DNA of 10,871 nt from Candidatus Bathyarchaeia archaeon (GTDB taxonomy: Archaea; Thermoproteota; Bathyarchaeia; Bathyarchaeales; Bathycorpusculaceae), in assembly GCA_038883655.1 (NCBI GenBank), contig JAVZLQ010000011.1, positions 1 to 10,871 of the forward strand. Reading direction: 5' to 3'. Under the pieces are notes generated by a model that saw only the letters and a program-made list of their open reading frames with translations, was not told where the DNA came from and did not search any database. This document shows positions 7,798 to 10,871 of this stretch, piece by piece (positions within the stretch are counted from its first letter, which is position 1; every line of letters starts with the position of its first letter). The translations under genes and the position numbers were made by a program.

Positions 7798-8347
7798 TTG
7801 TGCACACGCTTAGAAATCCCGTTGTCAGAGCTTAAAAAGTGGCTTGAAAACCAAAATTACTCGATTCTCACACCAGTCCAAGGTAAAGCTGAAAAGCTTC
7901 TTGAGGAGATGCGTAAAATCCAAAGAAACCCAGTTGAGGCTTGTAAAACGCTTATGGAAAGTAGCCGAAAGGAAATCGATAAACGCAATGCTCGCACTTT
8001 TAAATGGGCTCAAGCCTTAAACAAATTGGCTAAACTGTTTTTGGAGCAACTGCAACAAATCAAGGTTCTAGAAAAAAGTTTCTTTCAAGAATGTTGAAGA
8101 GTTTGTGGGCATCGTCCAGAAAGCTTATGCGGTCACGGATGCGGATGTGCGGAATTGGTTTCCAAGAATTTCCCCTTTTTTCATAATGGATCGCAGCAGA
8201 TTCCTATGAGCTTTTGAAGGTGCAAAGGCTTCGCTTAAAGAAAAAGATTCAAGAAACCCTTGGAAAATAAATAGCTACAAAAGCCTCGTGGAAAAGAGCA
8301 TTTTAGACTTTAGTGGACGTGAAGCCTCTATAAACATATGGGGCTGA
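7798..8347 (+). pseudogene. Disrupted helical/coiled-coil hypothetical protein (frameshift plus internal TGA)
   Basis: The 99-aa ORF stops just after an A6 run (8072-8077). The +1 frame from 8078 continues protein-like: VSFKNVEEFVGIVQKAYAVTDADVRNWFPRISPFFIMDRSRFL*(TGA 8207-8209)AFEGAKASLKEKDSRNPWKINSYKSLVEKSILDFSGREASINIWG*. It ends at 8347, overlapping the next start. Confidence 0.65.
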
Positions 8348-9276
8348 AAAGCTTGCAGCTTCAACAAATAGTTAAAGAGGCTCTCGATGCCTCAGGTCGA
8401 GAGTTCAGCCAACTTGTAGAAAAAGCTACAAGCCTCCTTAAAGGCGAAAATGGGAAAATTGGAAACTTTGAAGTTATAGGACGACTTATAAAGCTTCAAC
8501 CAGTAGGCGAGGCTCTGGTTGTAGGCGATTTGCACGGCGACCTCGAAAGCCTCATTGACATCTTGAACAGCAGTCAATTTATTCAAAAAATGGGTCAAAG
8601 CTCTGACGCCGTTATCATGTTCCTTGGTGACTATGGGGATAGGGGCCCATATTCGGCGGAAGTTTACTACATCGTTTTAAAGCTTAAACTTCAGTTTCCA
8701 AGACAAATAATTCTGCTACGGGGGAACCATGAGGGGCCAGAAGATCTTATGGCTTCACCACACGACTTACCTTGGCAGTTTGAAGCGCGGTTCAGCGTGG
8801 AATGGAAAGAAGCCTACACACGCATACGCGAACTCTTCAAGTACCTATACAACGCGGTAGTTGTTGAAGATCGTTACCTAATGGTGCATGGCGGTCCACC
8901 ACCCGAAGCAAAAACTCTTGAAGACTTAGCTTACGCCCATATGAGACATCCCAAAGAAAGCTTATTAGAGGATTTATTGTGGAGCGACCCCATTGATACC
9001 ATAAGCGAAACATGTGCTTCGCCCCGCGGTGCCGGAAAACTTTTTGGACAAAATGTGACGAATGTTGCCTTGCAACGTTTCGGCGTAAAAATTTTTATCC
9101 GAGGCCACGAACCATGCATGGAAGGCTACAAAATAAACCATAATGGAAAAATCTTAACTCTGTTCTCGAGAAAGGGGCCACCATACTTTAACGAACACGG
9201 CGCATATTTAATGGTGGGCCTTTCTGAAAAACCGCAAAATGCCATGGAACTGCAACCCTACATCCACGAATTCTAG
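8338..9276 (+). CDS. PPP-family serine/threonine protein phosphatase (calcineurin-like metallophosphoesterase, PP1/PP2A-like)
   Basis: Full motif set GDLHG, GDYGDRG, LLRGNHE, VHGG, DLLWSDP, SPRGAGKLFG, IRGHE and TLFS. The start may instead be TTG at 8353. Confidence 0.92.
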   Translation: MGLKSLQLQQIVKEALDASGREFSQLVEKATSLLKGENGKIGNFEVIGRLIKLQPVGEALVVGDLHGDLESLIDILNSSQFIQKMGQSSDAVIMFLGDYGDRGPYSAEVYYIVLKLKLQFPRQIILLRGNHEGPEDLMASPHDLPWQFEARFSVEWKEAYTRIRELFKYLYNAVVVEDRYLMVHGGPPPEAKTLEDLAYAHMRHPKESLLEDLLWSDPIDTISETCASPRGAGKLFGQNVTNVALQRFGVKIFIRGHEPCMEGYKINHNGKILTLFSRKGPPYFNEHGAYLMVGLSEKPQNAMELQPYIHEF

Positions 9277-9442
9277 TAAGCTCCGCTTCCTATGTAGAGT
9301 CAAAGTAAAAAGAAAAAACAGCATATCTGAGTTATAAAACTGGGTTTTTCTTACCTTTAAACATGGCTGCCTCCTTAAATTGTGAGCTTTTACATAAAAT
9401 GTTTGTGGATTTTCGCATAGACACATAATGCAAAGCGTTACA

Positions 9443-9456
9443 CGGAAACTTTAAGA
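9443..9456 (+). promoter_or_regulatory. Putative BRE/TATA promoter for the ligase-fdhD unit
   Basis: CGGAAAC followed by TTTAAG (9450-9455), about 55 bp upstream of the TTG at 9510. SD-like AGGCGG at 9497-9502. Confidence 0.4.
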
Positions 9457-9509
9457 GTTTAGCTAAACACCGTTTCTCATGGTTAAACATCAAGCAAGGC
9501 GGTTAAATC

Positions 9510-10388
9510 TTGAAGTTTGGAATAGTCACACGGAATCCAAACGCCTACAGTTCAACTCAACTCCGCGAGGCGTTAGAAAGACGTGGAATCCCCTACGTCT
9601 GTTTCAGTTTCCCATGGCTTGTCGCCCGTGTTGGCTACAGACCCTACTTAAACGTGCGAAGCATAGATGTCCTAAAAGATTTAAATGCGTTAATTATACG
9701 ACCTATTGGACGTGGCTCGCTTGAAGAGATTGTTTTTCGCATGGACTTGCTTTATCGGCTTGAGCGTTTAGGCTTTTATGTAGTTAACCCGCCTGAAGCC
9801 ATCGAACACTGTGTAGACAAATATGATTTGTTGGCTATTCTAGAAGATAATGGTGTACCGGTACCTCGGACAGCTGTTACAGAAGATCCGGATGAAGCCT
9901 TAAAGGCGTTTCACGAACTTGGCGGAGACGTTGTGGTGAAGCCGATTTTCGGCTCCCGTGGAATTGGCTCTACACGTATAAATGATCCGGAGGTAGCTTA
10001 CACGGTTTTTAGGGCAATAGCATTCTATCATGGCGTAATATACCTCCAAGAATTCGTGCCCCATGGATGTTCTGATGTTCGCGCCTTCGTTATAGGTGAT
10101 CGTGTGACGGCAGCCATGCGTCGTGTCGCAACCAGCTGGAAAACCAACTACAGCCAAGGCGCACGTCCAGAACCGTTAAGGCTTGAAGGCCAGCTTGAAG
10201 AGTTGGCGGTGAAATCCGCCCAGCTAATAAAGTGTAAAATTGCAGGTGTAGACATTCTGGAAAGCCCAAGAGGCCCATTAATAATAGAGGTTAACAGTCA
10301 ACCCGGCTGGCGGGGCTTGCAGTCTATTGCCCGTGTCAACATTGCAGACGAAATAATAAGCTTTGTGCTATCAGAATTGAAAAAATAG
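9510..10388 (+). CDS. RimK-family ATP-grasp alpha-L-glutamate ligase; by context a C1-cofactor glutamate ligase (MptN/Orf5-like)
   Basis: ATP-grasp motifs: DKY, VPVPRT, VVVKPIFGSRGIG, YLQEFV, DVRAFVIG, WKTNYSQGA, AGVDIL and EVNSQPGW. 'GSLEEIVFRMDLLYRL' resembles H4MPT-cluster ligases. Substrate (H4MPT, methanofuran, F420 or protein) is inferred only from context. Confidence 0.85.
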   Translation: MKFGIVTRNPNAYSSTQLREALERRGIPYVCFSFPWLVARVGYRPYLNVRSIDVLKDLNALIIRPIGRGSLEEIVFRMDLLYRLERLGFYVVNPPEAIEHCVDKYDLLAILEDNGVPVPRTAVTEDPDEALKAFHELGGDVVVKPIFGSRGIGSTRINDPEVAYTVFRAIAFYHGVIYLQEFVPHGCSDVRAFVIGDRVTAAMRRVATSWKTNYSQGARPEPLRLEGQLEELAVKSAQLIKCKIAGVDILESPRGPLIIEVNSQPGWRGLQSIARVNIADEIISFVLSELKK

Positions 10389-10412
10389 AGGGGAGGTATC
10401 CAATTTATCAAA

Positions 10413-10871
10413 GTGAAAATTGTTAAAATTAACATTAAAACCCAAGAGCTCATGAAAACCGAGGATTTAGTAGCGGAGGAAACACATATTCACGTATTTA
10501 TAAACAAGAGACCTTATGCCACCATATTCTGCACACCGCAAGACCTTAAAGAGCTGGTTGCAGGGCACCTCCTTTCCGAAGGCCTCATAGAAAATATCGG
10601 GGAAATCGAGAAAATAAGCATTAAAGAAAATGGCTTATGCAATGTAAGCCTAAAATCCACCGTGAACATCGAATCTCGATTAAAACTTGCCCAGCGGCTT
10701 TACCGTATAATTCCATCAGCATGCGGGGGTCCATATCAGCCTCTGGCACTGAAACATGTCAAAAAAGTGGACTCAAAACTAACTGTGAAGGCTGAAACAA
10801 TTCAGCGTTGCATCCAAAACTTAAATAACATGTCCGAAACTTACCGGAAAACCCATGGAGTACACGCAGCC
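10413..10871 (+). CDS. fdhD: Formate dehydrogenase accessory sulfurtransferase FdhD, partial (runs off the window)
   Basis: Not in the ORF track; translated by hand from GTG 10413: VKIVKINIKTQELMKTEDLVAEETHIHVFINKRPYATIFCTPQDLKELVAGHLLSEGLIE...IPSACGGP...YRKTHGVHAA. Contains FdhD hallmarks VAEE, TPxDLxELxxGxLxSEG, SxCG and TxGVHAA. Exact start uncertain. Confidence 0.88.
   Translation, partial: MKIVKINIKTQELMKTEDLVAEETHIHVFINKRPYATIFCTPQDLKELVAGHLLSEGLIENIGEIEKISIKENGLCNVSLKSTVNIESRLKLAQRLYRIIPSACGGPYQPLALKHVKKVDSKLTVKAETIQRCIQNLNNMSETYRKTHGVHAA

Noticed and set aside
8207-8209. In-frame TGA as selenocysteine recoding
   Set aside because: The context is not a redox motif, no SECIS-like element is evident, and a separate upstream frameshift points to gene decay.
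9208-9724. ORFs 9208..9426 (-) and 9479..9724 (+)
   Set aside because: They overlap the phosphatase and the ligase in other frames and have no recognisable protein features.
1-10871. Evidence that the organism is a methanogen
   Set aside because: fwd and mch also occur in non-methanogenic archaea, and no mcr or mtr genes are in the window, so pathway direction cannot be determined.

Overview
Archaeal central-metabolism window, by inference Bathyarchaeia-like (gene content, TTG/GTG starts, TATA-like boxes). It carries an H4MPT/methanofuran C1 (Wood-Ljungdahl methyl-branch) cluster. In order: a CitG-family gene, a tightly packed fwdD-B-A-C-mch operon, a eukaryote-like PPP Ser/Thr phosphatase, a RimK/MptN-like ATP-grasp glutamate ligase, and an fdhD that runs off the right edge. 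Two features are missing from the ORF track: a minus-strand ECF S-component gene running off the left edge (<1..491) and the fdhD (10413..>10871). A second ECF S-component gene (7071..7682) means the citG-fwd-mch block is bracketed by two substrate-binding transporter subunits. There is also a frameshifted, nonsense-interrupted gene (7798..8347). The most notable points are the paired S components (possible C1-cofactor or precursor salvage), a ~47-aa basic insertion in FwdB, and the absence of fwdF/G and ftr from the operon. Also notable are related palindromic motifs upstream of both S-component genes and the in-frame TAG junction between the ligase and fdhD. I saw no mobile element, CRISPR array or RNA gene. 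All family calls come from motif recognition, not database searches.
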